A stretch of 64,000 nt of DNA from Eledone cirrhosa (Eukaryota). The position numbers were made by a program, and so were the translations under genes. The notes below the pieces were generated by a model. That model was not told the DNA's origin. It worked only from the letters and a program-made list of their open reading frames with translations, and made no database searches. Positions 26,739-39,374 of this stretch are shown piece after piece. Within the stretch, counting starts at the first letter, position 1. The number at the start of each line of letters is the position of its first letter. The stretch is from contig CAXHJY010001206.1 of NCBI GenBank assembly GCA_964016885.1, forward strand, positions 1 to 64,000, read 5' to 3'.

Positions 26739-26780
<42 letters not shown>

Positions 26781-26869
26781 TGTACATTTGCGTCTGAGTG
26801 GGTGTGCGTAAATATGTGTATTTAAGCTTGCTTGTATGCATTCATGTGTGTGTTTATATGTATGCATGT

Positions 26870-26956
<87 letters not shown>

Positions 26957-27125
26957 TGTACATTTGCGTCTGAGTGGGTATGCGTAAATATGTGTATTTA
27001 AGCTTGTTTGTATGCATTCATGTGTGTGTTTATATGTATGTGTGTGTGTGTGTGTGTGTGTACATTTGCGTCTGAGTGGGTATGCGTAAATATGTGTATT
27101 TATGCTTGTTTGTATGCATTCATAT
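26435..27125. repeat. Tandem repeat of a ~90-bp core separated by variable (TG)n, about 6 copies
   Basis: Core gtacatttgcgtctgagtgggtgtgcgtaaatatgtgtatttatgcttgtttgtatgcattca recurs. Confidence 0.9.
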
Positions 27126-27593
27126 ATGCGTACGTGTGTATGTGTGTGCGTGTGTATTGCCTGTTTGTGTATGTGTGCATGTGTATGCTTAAGAATATAT
27201 ATATATATATATGAATGTGCGTATGTCTGTACATGCATGTGTGTGAATGTGTGTGCAAACGTGTGTATGCTGGTGTGTGTATGTTTGCATGCGAGTGTGA
27301 GTGTGTGTGTCTGTGAGCATGAATGTGAGAGTATATTATTTATGGGATTGTGTGCATGTGGCTGTGTATGTGTGTAATTCTGTATATGTGTGTATATGTT
27401 TGTTTGTGTGCGTATGTATATATATATATTTGTGTATGCATGTCTGTGTGAGCGCGTGAGTGTGTGTTTGCTTTATGAGTGTTGACGTCTACAATTTAGT
27501 TGATGGCAGTTATGATGACAACAATTCTTTGGATCGTAGGTTCCAGCGACACGTGTTCTTGTCACTGTTGGCAATGAATATAGATAGAGAGAG

Positions 27594-27648
<55 letters not shown>

Positions 27649-27739
27649 AAGAGAGGAGAGAGAGGGGGGAGAGAGAGAGAGAGAGGAGAGAGGAGAGAGA
27701 GAGGGAGGTGTTTGTCATGATAGTTATGTTTATTGAAGA

Positions 27740-30700
27740 ATGGTCTTGGTTGCGGTTTTGTTTATAGGGAGTGGTGTTGGCTATGGTGGTGTTGGCTATG
27801 GTGGTGTTTGCTATGGTGGTGTTTGCTATGGTGGTGTTTGCTATGGTGGTGTTGGCTATGGTGGTGTTGGCTATGGTGGTGTTGGCTATGGTGGTGTTGG
27901 CTACGGTGGTGTTTGCTATGGTGGTGTTGGCTATGGTGGTGTTGGCTATGGTGGTGTTGGCTATGGTGGTGTTGGCTATGGTGGTGTTGGCTATGGTGGT
28001 GTTGGCTATGGTGGTGTTTGCTATGGTGGTGTTGGCTATGGTGGTGTTGGCTATGGTGGTGTTGGCTATGGTGGTGTTTGCTATGGTGGTGTTTGCTATG
28101 GTGGTGTTGGCTATGGTGGTGTTGGCTATGGTGGTGTTTGCTATGGTGGTGTTGGCTATGGTGGTGTTGGCTATGGTGGTGTTGGCTATGGTGGTGTTGG
28201 CTATGGTGGTGTTGGCTATGGTGGTGTTGGCTATGGTGGTGTTGGCTATGGTGGTGTTGGTGTTGGCTATGGTGGTGTTTGCTATGGTGGTGTTTGCTAT
28301 GGTGGTGTTGGCTATGGTGGTGTTGGCTGTGGTGGTGTTGGCTATGGTGGTGTTTGCTATGGTGGTGTTGGCTATGGTGGTGTTGGCTATGGTGGTGTTG
28401 GCTATGGTGGTGTTGGCTATGGTGGTGTTTGCTATGGTGGTGTTTGCAATGGTGGTGTTGGCTATGGTGGTGTTTGCTATGGTGGTGTTGGCTATGGTGG
28501 TGTTGGCTATGGTGGTGTTGGCTATGGTGGTGTTGGCTATGGTGGTGTTGGCTATGGTGGTGTTGGCTGTGGTGGTGTTGGCTATGGTGGTGTTTGCTAT
28601 GGTGGTGTTGGCTATGGTGGTGTTGGCTATGGTGGTGTTTGCTATGGTGGTGTTTGCTATGGTGGTGTTTGCTATGGTGGTGTTGGCTATGGTGGTGTTG
28701 GCTATGGTGGTGTTGGCTATGGTGGTGTTGGCTACGGTGGTGTTTGCTATGGTGGTGTTGGCTATGGTGGTGTTGGCTATGGTGGTGTTGGCTATGGTGG
28801 TGTTGGCTATGGTGGTGTTGGCTATGGTGGTGTTGGCTATGGTGGTGTTTGCTATGGTGGTGTTGGCTATGGTGGTGTTGGCTATGGTGGTGTTGGCTAT
28901 GGTGGTGTTTGCTATGGTGGTGTTTGCTATGGTGGTGTTGGCTATGGTGGTGTTGGCTATGGTGGTGTTTGCTATGGTGGTGTTGGCTATGGTGGTGTTG
29001 GCTATGGTGGTGTTGGCTATGGTGGTGTTGGCTATGGTGGTGTTGGCTATGGTGGTGTTGGCTATGGTGGTGTTGGCTATGGTGGTGTTGGTGTTGGCTA
29101 TGGTGGTGTTTGCTATGGTGGTGTTTGCTATGGTGGTGTTGGCTATGGTGGTGTTGGCTGTGGTGGTGTTGGCTATGGTGGTGTTTGCTATGGTGGTGTT
29201 GGCTATGGTGGTGTTGGCTATGGTGGTGTTGGCTATGGTGGTGTTGGCTATGGTGGTGTTTGCTATGGTGGTGTTTGCAATGGTGGTGTTGGCTATGGTG
29301 GTGTTTGCTATGGTGGTGTTGGCTATGGTGGTGTTGGCTATGGTGGTGTTGGCTATGGTGGTGTTGGCTATGGTGGTGTTGGCTATGGTGGTGTTGGCTG
29401 TGGTGGTGTTGGCTATGGTGGTGTTTGCTATGGTGGTGTTGGCTATGGTGGTGTTGGCTATGGTGGTGTTGGCTATGGTGGTGTTGGCTATGGTGGTGTT
29501 GGCTATGGTGGTGTTGGCTATGGTGGTGTTGGCTATGGTGGTGTTGGTGTTGGCTACGGTGGTGTTGGCTATGGTGGTGTTGGCTATGGTGGTGTTGGCT
29601 ATGGTGGTGTTGGCCATGGTGGTGTTAGCTACGGTGGTGTTGGCTATGGTGGTGTTGGCTGTGGTGGTGTTGGCTATGGTGGTGTTGGTGTTGGCTATGG
29701 TGGTGTTGGCTATGGTGGTGTTGGCTATGGTGGTGTTGGCTATGGTGGTGTTGGCTATGGTGGTGTTGGCTGTGGTGGTGTTGGCTATGGTGGTGTTTGC
29801 TATGGTGGTGTTGGCTATGGTGGTGTTGGCTATGGTGGTGTTGGCTATGGTGGTGTTGGCTATGGTGGTGTTGGCTATGGTGGTGTTGGCTATGGTGGTG
29901 TTGGCTGTGGTGGTGTTGGTGTTGGTGGTGTTGGCTATGGTGGTGTTGGCCATGGTGGTGTTAGCTACGGTGGTGTTGGCTATGGTGGTGTTGGCTATGG
30001 TGGTGTTGGCTATGGTGGTGTTGGTGTTGGTGGTGTTGGCTATGGTGGTGTTGGCTATGGTGGTGTTGGCTATGGTGGTGTTGGCTATGGTGGTGTTGGC
30101 TATGGTGGTGTTGGCTATGGTGGTGTTGGCTACGGTGGTGTTTGCTATGGTGGTGTTGGCTATGGTGGTGTTGGCTATGGTGGTGTTGGCTATGGTGGTG
30201 TTTGCTATGGTGGTGTTGGCTATGGTGGTGTTGGCTATGGTGGTGTTGGCTATGGTGGTGTTGGCCATGGTGGTGTTAGCTACGGTGGTGTTGGCTATGG
30301 TGGTGTTGGCTATGGTGGTGTTGGCTATGGTGGTGTTGGTGTTGGTGGTGTTGGCTATGGTGGTGTTGGCTATGGTGGTGTTGGCTATGGTGGTGTTGGC
30401 TATGGTGGTGTTGGTGTTTGCTATGGTGGTGTTGGCTATGGTGGTGTTGGCTACGGTGGTGTTGGCTATGGTGGTGTTGGCTATGGTGGTGTTGGTGTTT
30501 GCTATGGTGGTGTTGGCTATGGTGGTGTTGGCTATGGTGGTGTTGGTGTTTGCTATGGTGGTGTTGGCTATGGTGGTGTTGGCTATGGTGGTGTTGGCCA
30601 TGGTGGTGTTGGCTACGGTGGTGTTGGCTATGGTGGTGTTGGTGTTTGCTATGGTGGTGTTGGCTATGGTGGTGTTGGCCATGGTGGTGTTGGCCATGGT

Positions 30701-32605
30701 GGTGTTGGCTATGGTGGTGTTGGCTATGGTGGTGTTGGTGTTTGCTATGGTGGTGTTGGCTATGGTGGTGTTGGCTATGGTGGTGTTGGTGTTTGCTATG
30801 GTGGTGTTGGCTATGGTGGTGTTGGTGTTTGCTATGGTGGTGTTGGCTATGGTGGTGTTGGCTATGGTGGTGTTGGCCATGGTGGTGTTGGCTACGGTGG
30901 TGTTGGCTATGGTGGTGTTTGCTATGGTGGTGTTGGCTATGGTGGTGTTGGCTATGGTGGTGTTGGCTATGGTGGTGTTGGCTATGGTGGTGTTGGCTAT
31001 GGTGGTGTTGGCTATGGTGGTGTTTGCTATGGTGGTGTTGGCTATGGTGGTGTTGGCTATGGTGGTGTTGGCTATGGTGGTGTTGGCCATGGTGGTGTTA
31101 GCTACGGTGGTGTTGGCTATGGTGGTGTTGGCTATGGTGGTGTTGGCTATGGTGGTGTTGGTGTTGGTGGTGTTGGCTATGGTGGTGTTGGCTATGGTGG
31201 TGTTGGCTATGGTGGTGTTGGCTATGGTGGTGTTGGTGTTTGCTATGGTGGTGTTGGCTATGGTGGTGTTGGCTACGGTGGTGTTGGCTATGGTGGTGTT
31301 GGCTATGGTGGTGTTGGTGTTGGCTATGGTGGTGTTGGTGTTTGCTATGGTGGTGTTGGCTATGGTGGTGTTGGTGTTTGCTATGGTGGTGTTGGCTATG
31401 GTGGTGTTGGCTATGGTGGTGTTGGCCATGGTGGTGTTGGCTACGGTGGTGTTGGCTATGGTGGTGTTGGTGTTTGCTATGGTGGTGTTGGCTATGGTGG
31501 TGTTGGCCATGGTGGTGTTGGCCATGGTGGTGTTGGCTATGGTGGTGTTGGCTATGGTGGTGTTGGTGTTTGCTATGGTGGTGTTGGCTATGGTGGTGTT
31601 GGCTATGGTGGTGTTGGTGTTTGCTATGGTGGTGTTGGCTATGGTGGTGTTGGTGTTTGCTATGGTGGTGTTGGCTATGGTGGTGTTGGTGTTGGCTATG
31701 GTGGTGTTTGCTATGGTGGTGTTTGCTATGGTGGTGTTTGCTATGGTGGTGTTGGCTATGGTGGTGTTGGCTATGGTGGTGTTGGCTATGGTGGTGTTGG
31801 CCATGGTGGTGTTGGCTATGGTGGTGTTGGCTATGGTGGTGTTGGCTATGGTGGTGTTGGCTATGGTGGTGTTTGCTATGGTGGTGTTGGCTATGGTGGT
31901 GTTGGCTATGGTGGTGTTGGCTATGGTGGTGTTGGCTATGGTGGTGTTGGCTGTGGTGGTGTTGGCCATGGTGGTGTTGGCTATGGTGGTGTTGGCTATG
32001 GTGGTGTTGGCTATGGTGGTGTTGGCTATGGTGGTGTTGGCTATGGTGGTGTTGGCTATGGTGGTGTTGGCTGTGGTGGTGTTGGCTATGGTGGTGTTGG
32101 CCATGGTGGTGTTGGCTATGGTGGTGTTGGCTATGGTGGTGTTGGCTATGGTGGTGTTGGCTATGGTGGTGTTGGCTATGGTGGTGTTTGCTATGGTGGT
32201 GTTGGCTATGGTGGTGTTGGCTATGGTGGTGTTGGCTATGGTGGTGTTGGCTATGGTGGTGTTGGCTATGGTGGTGTTGGCTATGGTGGTGTTTGCTATG
32301 GTGGTGTTGGCTATGGTGGTGTTGGCTATGGTGGTGTTGGCTATGGTGGTGTTGGCTATGGTGGTGTTGGCTATGGTGGTGTTGGCTATGGTGGTGTTTG
32401 CTATGGTGGTGTTTGCTATGGTGGTGTTTGCTATGGTGGTGTTGGCTATGGTGGTGTTGGCTATGGTGGTGTTGGCTATGGTGGTGTTGGCTACGGTGGT
32501 GTTTTTAAGACAGTGATGTTTATCATAGTGCTTCTATTTAAAGAGGAATGGTGTTGGTCGACATCGTGTGTTTGTAAGGAAGGGGCTGTTTGTTATAGTG
32601 GTTAG
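27740..32605 (+). CDS. Hypothetical Gly/Tyr-rich (GGVGY)n repeat protein; coding status unproven
   Basis: 1621-aa ORF with ATG, hydrophobic start MVLVAVLFIGSG and a Cys-containing tail. The repeat unit has no stop in several frames, so openness alone is weak evidence. Confidence 0.2.
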   Translation: MVLVAVLFIGSGVGYGGVGYGGVCYGGVCYGGVCYGGVGYGGVGYGGVGYGGVGYGGVCYGGVGYGGVGYGGVGYGGVGYGGVGYGGVGYGGVCYGGVGYGGVGYGGVGYGGVCYGGVCYGGVGYGGVGYGGVCYGGVGYGGVGYGGVGYGGVGYGGVGYGGVGYGGVGYGGVGVGYGGVCYGGVCYGGVGYGGVGCGGVGYGGVCYGGVGYGGVGYGGVGYGGVGYGGVCYGGVCNGGVGYGGVCYGGVGYGGVGYGGVGYGGVGYGGVGYGGVGCGGVGYGGVCYGGVGYGGVGYGGVCYGGVCYGGVCYGGVGYGGVGYGGVGYGGVGYGGVCYGGVGYGGVGYGGVGYGGVGYGGVGYGGVGYGGVCYGGVGYGGVGYGGVGYGGVCYGGVCYGGVGYGGVGYGGVCYGGVGYGGVGYGGVGYGGVGYGGVGYGGVGYGGVGYGGVGVGYGGVCYGGVCYGGVGYGGVGCGGVGYGGVCYGGVGYGGVGYGGVGYGGVGYGGVCYGGVCNGGVGYGGVCYGGVGYGGVGYGGVGYGGVGYGGVGYGGVGCGGVGYGGVCYGGVGYGGVGYGGVGYGGVGYGGVGYGGVGYGGVGYGGVGVGYGGVGYGGVGYGGVGYGGVGHGGVSYGGVGYGGVGCGGVGYGGVGVGYGGVGYGGVGYGGVGYGGVGYGGVGCGGVGYGGVCYGGVGYGGVGYGGVGYGGVGYGGVGYGGVGYGGVGCGGVGVGGVGYGGVGHGGVSYGGVGYGGVGYGGVGYGGVGVGGVGYGGVGYGGVGYGGVGYGGVGYGGVGYGGVGYGGVCYGGVGYGGVGYGGVGYGGVCYGGVGYGGVGYGGVGYGGVGHGGVSYGGVGYGGVGYGGVGYGGVGVGGVGYGGVGYGGVGYGGVGYGGVGVCYGGVGYGGVGYGGVGYGGVGYGGVGVCYGGVGYGGVGYGGVGVCYGGVGYGGVGYGGVGHGGVGYGGVGYGGVGVCYGGVGYGGVGHGGVGHGGVGYGGVGYGGVGVCYGGVGYGGVGYGGVGVCYGGVGYGGVGVCYGGVGYGGVGYGGVGHGGVGYGGVGYGGVCYGGVGYGGVGYGGVGYGGVGYGGVGYGGVGYGGVCYGGVGYGGVGYGGVGYGGVGHGGVSYGGVGYGGVGYGGVGYGGVGVGGVGYGGVGYGGVGYGGVGYGGVGVCYGGVGYGGVGYGGVGYGGVGYGGVGVGYGGVGVCYGGVGYGGVGVCYGGVGYGGVGYGGVGHGGVGYGGVGYGGVGVCYGGVGYGGVGHGGVGHGGVGYGGVGYGGVGVCYGGVGYGGVGYGGVGVCYGGVGYGGVGVCYGGVGYGGVGVGYGGVCYGGVCYGGVCYGGVGYGGVGYGGVGYGGVGHGGVGYGGVGYGGVGYGGVGYGGVCYGGVGYGGVGYGGVGYGGVGYGGVGCGGVGHGGVGYGGVGYGGVGYGGVGYGGVGYGGVGYGGVGCGGVGYGGVGHGGVGYGGVGYGGVGYGGVGYGGVGYGGVCYGGVGYGGVGYGGVGYGGVGYGGVGYGGVGYGGVCYGGVGYGGVGYGGVGYGGVGYGGVGYGGVGYGGVCYGGVCYGGVCYGGVGYGGVGYGGVGYGGVGYGGVFKTVMFIIVLLFKEEWCWSTSCVCKEGAVCYSG
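27773..32503. repeat. 15-bp minisatellite (GGTGTTGGCTATGGT)n, roughly 310 units
   Basis: Homogeneous 15-mer with a few variant types and higher-order duplications. Confidence 0.97.
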
Positions 32606-33632
32606 GCTTTTAGGGAGTGGTGTTTATCATGATGGTTGTTGTTTCTTTGTGTGTGTTGGGTGATGGTGATGGTGTCCTGGATTTGATTGATGGGACATTC
32701 AGTGGTGTATGTTGCGAAGTTGGCATTTGTATTAATGGTAGTGGAAAAGTGGGTGCTCTTGTAATCGTACATGTTACGGAAGTATTCAGGCTGCTTTTGG
32801 TGGGGAAGTGGCAATGGTGATGGTGGTTGTGATAATGGCGGCAGTGGTGGTGTCGTCGTGGTTGTTGTTGTTGTTGTTGGTGTGGTGATGCTTTTGGGGC
32901 GACCGTGGCGGTAATTTTAGTCGAGGATGATGATGATTTTAAAACATATTTATGAATATGATAATGAGGTCGATGATGACGAAGGTTTTGATGATGAAGT
33001 AAAGTAAGAAAGAGCGGGGTTAGGTGTTGATAGTTGTTATTGTTGTTGTTTAGTCCCCAGTAAATCCTGATCAAATAAAGTCGATGATTAAATATATATC
33101 CCAGTTATAACGATTCCTTTAATAATTCAGATGCAATGTAACCCGCAATTCATTATGCAATGCATAATTTTTTCTTTCAAGACCACAAATTGTTCTTGAA
33201 GGAGATTTGGCTTCTATTTTTGCAGATCATGTGACCACGAAAAAAAAAAATCCCTTCCTTAGTTCGGGATATCCATAGGGGTAGTGTTGTGCGCGTGTCG
33301 CTGTTAGTAAAGGCGATAACGGCACATGATGTTTCTTGCTGGCGGCAGCGATATGTCAATGTGGCTTAACTCCAACTATGGTGAACAGAAGATTAATTAC
33401 GGAGAATGACCCATCCAGCACTCATCATTTTCCACGTCTATGGTGCACCCATTATCACAACCATTGAAATGAGTGCATCTATATATGTGAGAAACTGCAA
33501 TACAACGTATAGAAAATTCTTTAAATGCGAGTGTTTGGATGAACTTCTTTATGGATATTCGACCTGTAAGAATTAACAATCAAATCTCCCCTGGATCATA
33601 CTGTCTAAAAGCAGAATACAACAATGACATAT

Positions 33633-33843
33633 CTGGTGGTCAGGGCGTTGGTGTGGTGTCTTGTTAATTCGAATCGCTTTTACCAGTCGTCAGTATATCG
33701 TTACGTTTAGGTTAGTCGACTGCCAAACGCAGCACTTCTGAGATGGATGGGCGGCAGCATTTCGTATGAGATGAGGCGATAACAGGTCTACAATGACCTT
33801 AGATGCCTGACGCTTCATAAGCGCTAGACCCGAGAAATCTGGG
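33633..33843 (+). pseudogene. Degenerate 18S rRNA-derived fragment (3' major domain)
   Basis: Collinear matches tgtcttgttaattcg, acttctgagatgga and gcgataacaggtctacaatgaccttagatgcc..gcgctagac to the conserved 18S TGTCTGGTTAATTCC, ACTTCTTAGAGGGA and GCAATAACAGGTCTGTGATGCCCTTAGATGT..GCGCTACAC. Confidence 0.7.
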
Positions 33844-34315
33844 CCTGGAACCTATCCATGTGAATGTGTATTTGAACTCGCGATATGTTGGTTAATGAAT
33901 GACAAGCATTACATGGAATCTAACAATAGCGATGTAAATAGCTACATTCCTGTGTTTGTTTTGTTTAGTCAACACAAAAAGCTAAACTGGCCTTGGTCTC
34001 TCACAGAATCAAATCAAGTGAAACTATTTACACAAACACACGCATATACGCACGCACACACACACAAGACAAATGAACTAGTGAATGAAACTCGAACAAT
34101 CAGTAAGCGTTTGATATGAAGCTCTATACAGATTTGGTTACAGGGCGGAGACATACATTTTATCTGTTGTTGTTGCTTTTATTTGTCAAGTAACAATAGC
34201 CGTGGCGTCAAACGGGGTGGAAAGTCGGGAACTAAGTAATGTTAGTTAGTGTTGGGTGGGTGGGGTGTTGTTGTTAGCGGTTCTGAGGCTAGAATGTTGA
34301 CCATGTTTTTAGAAT

Positions 34316-34430
34316 AATTGTTTCTATTTTAGGCACAAGGCCAGCAAATACCCAGTACATTACTGGTACTTTATTTTATCGACCCCGTAAGGATGAAAGG
34401 CAAAGTCAACTTCGGCGGGATTTGAACTCA
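34316..34430 (-). mobile_element. 5'-truncated tRNA-derived SINE
   Basis: Same body as 59356-59539. Confidence 0.85.
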
Positions 34431-36937
34431 AAATGGAATGACCTGGAGCAAAGTTATTGGTGGAATTTTACATCATGGGTCAAACTGGCTAGAGCAATGA
34501 AAATGCGGGCAAGTATGCTGCCGAGTATGTTAGCGACGGAGGTGGTGGTGGTTGATAAGGACTATATTATAGAAGTATGTAGATTTGGGCGCATATCAAT
34601 GACTAGAGTGGTTGTTGGTTTTAGCAGAGTTTTTATTTTGTTTGACATCAGATCAGGCCTTATTGAACATACCTCAATCAAAGACATTCTAGTTGTGACC
34701 ATCACGTCACTTTCTTATGTAGGGCGATTCCAGCACTACATTATCCAGCATGCTCTTTTCTAAGATGGTGGGTATGATTTAAGGAATATTTTGCTGCTAT
34801 TTCTAGCAAATCGAGCGGCGAAATGGAGGTTTTATCATTCGTTCAGGTCGGTGATAGTTAGGATAAATGGTATGGATAACAGTCACTATGGATGAGGTGG
34901 GTAAAAGCTTGGTGAGGGCTGAAAGAAATACTGGCGAATTACGGGAGAACGTGATAGAATGAAGATACAAATGTTTGCATAAGAAGGGAAAAAAGAAAAT
35001 AAAGACTATAATGCCATTATAATAAAGAACCCAGGACCTAATGATTGCAAAACAAAATTCTTAACCACTTTGCCTTGTCTGCGTCAACAAGTAAATAAAT
35101 AAAGAAGCAATGAAAGGATGGAAAACAAACAAATCAGTGAAAAAGCTTGAAGAAAAATGGAGGGGGAAAAGGAGAGAGAATAAAGGGCTACGTAAAAAAG
35201 GAAAAAAAACAAACAAACAAACAAGCAAAGAGCAGTAGAAAAAAGGGAAGGAACAAAAAAGAAAATCTGATCACTATAAATCTGATCACTATATCACTAT
35301 ACAGCGATGATAAACCAAACAGTTTAATATATATGAAGGCTTCTTCGTTGTTTATAACATATTTATATAGTTAAAACATTGTTGTTAGAATAATATTTAT
35401 AATTTAGACACAAGATGTTTGGCGTCATCGATCGGGTGTAAATATAAACACACCACCATATACCCCCAACATTAGTAAAGAACAATAACTGCATCTGAAG
35501 CAGCAGCAATATCAACAACCGCAACATCCGCAGCAGCAGCAGCAGCAGTAGCTATAACAACAATAACAACAGAAAGCTATATAACGAATAGCAATACCAA
35601 TGACATCATTATGGAGCCTTGAAGTGGTCTTTCAACTTGCTTGCTAGAAATAGCAGTTAAATCTTCTTAAAATCACACACTACCGTCCTACATAAGGAAA
35701 GAAAACATTGAATAAATATAGTTCTGCATCCTCTTAAAAACACAAGATGGTCAACATTAGGGAAACCTTTCGTTCTAGGTCTGTTTAATCAGGACTTTGA
35801 AATTAGGATTCAGACATCAAGCAATGCATGTTGGAGAGCATTCTTCACTTCTTATACTTTTACTATGATTTAGCCCCTGATTTCACTAATTGAGCAGATT
35901 TCTGATCAGGGGTATTACAACCATAACCATCCCCTATTAGTTTCAGTGATAATGTATCCCAGGACTACATAATTCAATGTATGTATACGTGTTATATTTT
36001 AAAGATGGTAGAGGATGTGGGACGGAGGCGGATTAAGTTTGCATGAGGGACCTGGATGAAAACTTCAGCGAGGCCCTTGTTACCATAAATGTTTTAGTTA
36101 TGGTAGAACAATTATTAATTTGGGTTTCTTTAAATATTGTAGACTTCTAGCTACAGTCCAGTCAGTCCCTCACTTTTTAAGCCGTCACTGGGTGAGTGAT
36201 TTGAGTGAAATTTTGGTGTTCTGTCTAACGCGTTAGTTCAGGACAGGGAGTTGTAGAACTACTGTCTGTCGTACATATTCTATCGTACAGTTAGCCGGTT
36301 TGGGCTCTAGGATATTTATTTGATGTAAGCGCCGTCATGAAGGTATTTAATTATATTCCTTTATGCCCAGAGTTCAAAATTCCATCGATACCAAATTTGA
36401 TATTCTTTCTTTCCGAGGATACTATGCCCATCATATTGAAATTTATGGTTTTGTTTCTATGTCAGGAAACAATATTACCCAGAAGTTGTAAGATCAGATT
36501 CAATCGTTTGAGTGTGGATTGTGTCCAGACACTACAGTTAATATAGAGGTACTTACGAAAGAGAACTCAGCTTAACAACCACCGGTTCGAGTCCTACACG
36601 TTACCCATGTGTAGTGTTTCCTCACACGTTCTTATATCTATAGAATATATATCTTCAGTTTGTCTTAGCTACATAGACCATGCCGATGCTGGGGCACCAC
36701 CTACTATATAAATTGATATAGTCTCGTCATTGTCTTCTTCTTCTTCTTCTTCTTCTTCTTCTTCTTCTTCTTCTTCTTCTTCTCGTTTAAAATGTGTAAA
36801 CGTGTATTCCCCATTAAGTGAAAGGTGAAACAACGATGATTTCTTTACACAAAATACATGCCGTACGCATGAACTACATACAGATACATACAGATTCAAG
36901 CACACTTACACGCACTCACACACATATATATACATGC

Positions 36938-37104
<167 letters not shown>

Positions 37105-37115
37105 CATACATCTCT

Positions 37116-37166
<51 letters not shown>

Positions 37167-37185
37167 TATGTATGTATGTATATAT

Positions 37186-37216
<31 letters not shown>

Positions 37217-37413
37217 CAACAACGAACATGTGCATTGATCGAAAACGGAATTATATTAGGTAAAACGGATACCGTTGAATAGAGATGTTAAAATAAACTT
37301 CACTTTTTACGTTGTCTTTATATTTCTACACATGACGGATAGGGGAGGGGAATTTCGCTAGGCTAACAAATACACACACACACACACACACACATACACA
37401 CACACACACACAT

Positions 37414-37485
<72 letters not shown>

Positions 37486-37625
37486 TTACATAAATACGTA
37501 TAAATATACATTTAAATAGGTACACACTCTGATACACAGTCATCTATGGACACACACACACATATACACACATACACACATATATATATATGGTACTTTT
37601 GTATTTGTGAATATATCTATTATAC

Positions 37626-37690
<65 letters not shown>

Positions 37691-37793
37691 TGAAATAAAC
37701 ATAGATGCATATACGTATATGTATATGTATATGCATGGATGTATGTATATATGTATGTATATATGTATATATATGTATGTACGAATGTGTGTA

Positions 37794-37961
<168 letters not shown>

Positions 37962-38239
37962 TTCTGGAGATTCATAAAAAATGTATTTTCCATTAGCGAA
38001 ATGAATTCGGGAATATAGATATAGATGCGCAAGAAAATGTGAATGTGTCTATACTTCATTATCTTGTTGTTTGTTTGATGTGTAAGAAGTATGATGTGTA
38101 GATTCAATGTAAGTGTGAATTGTGGTTGGCATCTGTCGTAAAATGCCTTCTTCTTATACATCTTATATCTTTTAACATATATAACTCTACGCGAACAGTT
38201 GCTATTTGTATATAAATCTCTATGCCTACATAAATACAT

Positions 38240-38330
<91 letters not shown>

Positions 38331-38444
38331 CATATATACAAACACATACATAAACATAATACATACATATATATTTGTATATATATATATGTATGTGTGT
38401 GTGTATGTGTGTGTGTGAATATATATATGCATATATATATATGC

Positions 38445-38503
<59 letters not shown>

Positions 38504-38553
38504 CATATATATATACATATATATATATATATACATATAAATATATATATATA

Positions 38554-38647
<94 letters not shown>

Positions 38648-38713
38648 TATTATATATATATGCATACATATATATATACATACATATATATATACATTCA
38701 TATATATATATAT

Positions 38714-38785
<72 letters not shown>

Positions 38786-39134
38786 ATGTATGTGCGTGTA
38801 TGTATGTGTGAAATAGTGTATGCGTGGAAATATATACATATACATATATATTTATATAAACATATGTATGTATGTATGTATGTATATAATTCAGTAAGAT
38901 CCCACACAGGCACGCATGTACGCATGCGTATTTGTGTGTACGTTTATAAATGTGTCCATACGAACATCGAAATCAATTTGAAAAAAAAAATGAAATATAT
39001 TATTCTCACTTATGAGAATATTCTTAAGAATTCCTAAATATTTATATCTTTATATCAATATTTGCATCACCATTTTCCTTACAGCTCAATCCCCTCATCT
39101 CCCTCTCTCACTCCATCTCTCTCTCTCCCACTCA

Positions 39135-39183
<49 letters not shown>

Positions 39184-39220
39184 TATATATATATATTTAT
39201 ATATATAATATATTTTATTT

Positions 39221-39374
<154 letters not shown>

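Noticed and set aside
26435-27125. Repeat-spacer pattern superficially like a CRISPR array
   Set aside because: Spacers are (TG)n microsatellite, repeats are ~90 bp, the context is eukaryotic and there are no cas genes.
27773-32503. Telomeric array interpretation of the G/T-rich repeat
   Set aside because: Unit is not TTAGGG-like and the array is internal with ordinary flanks.
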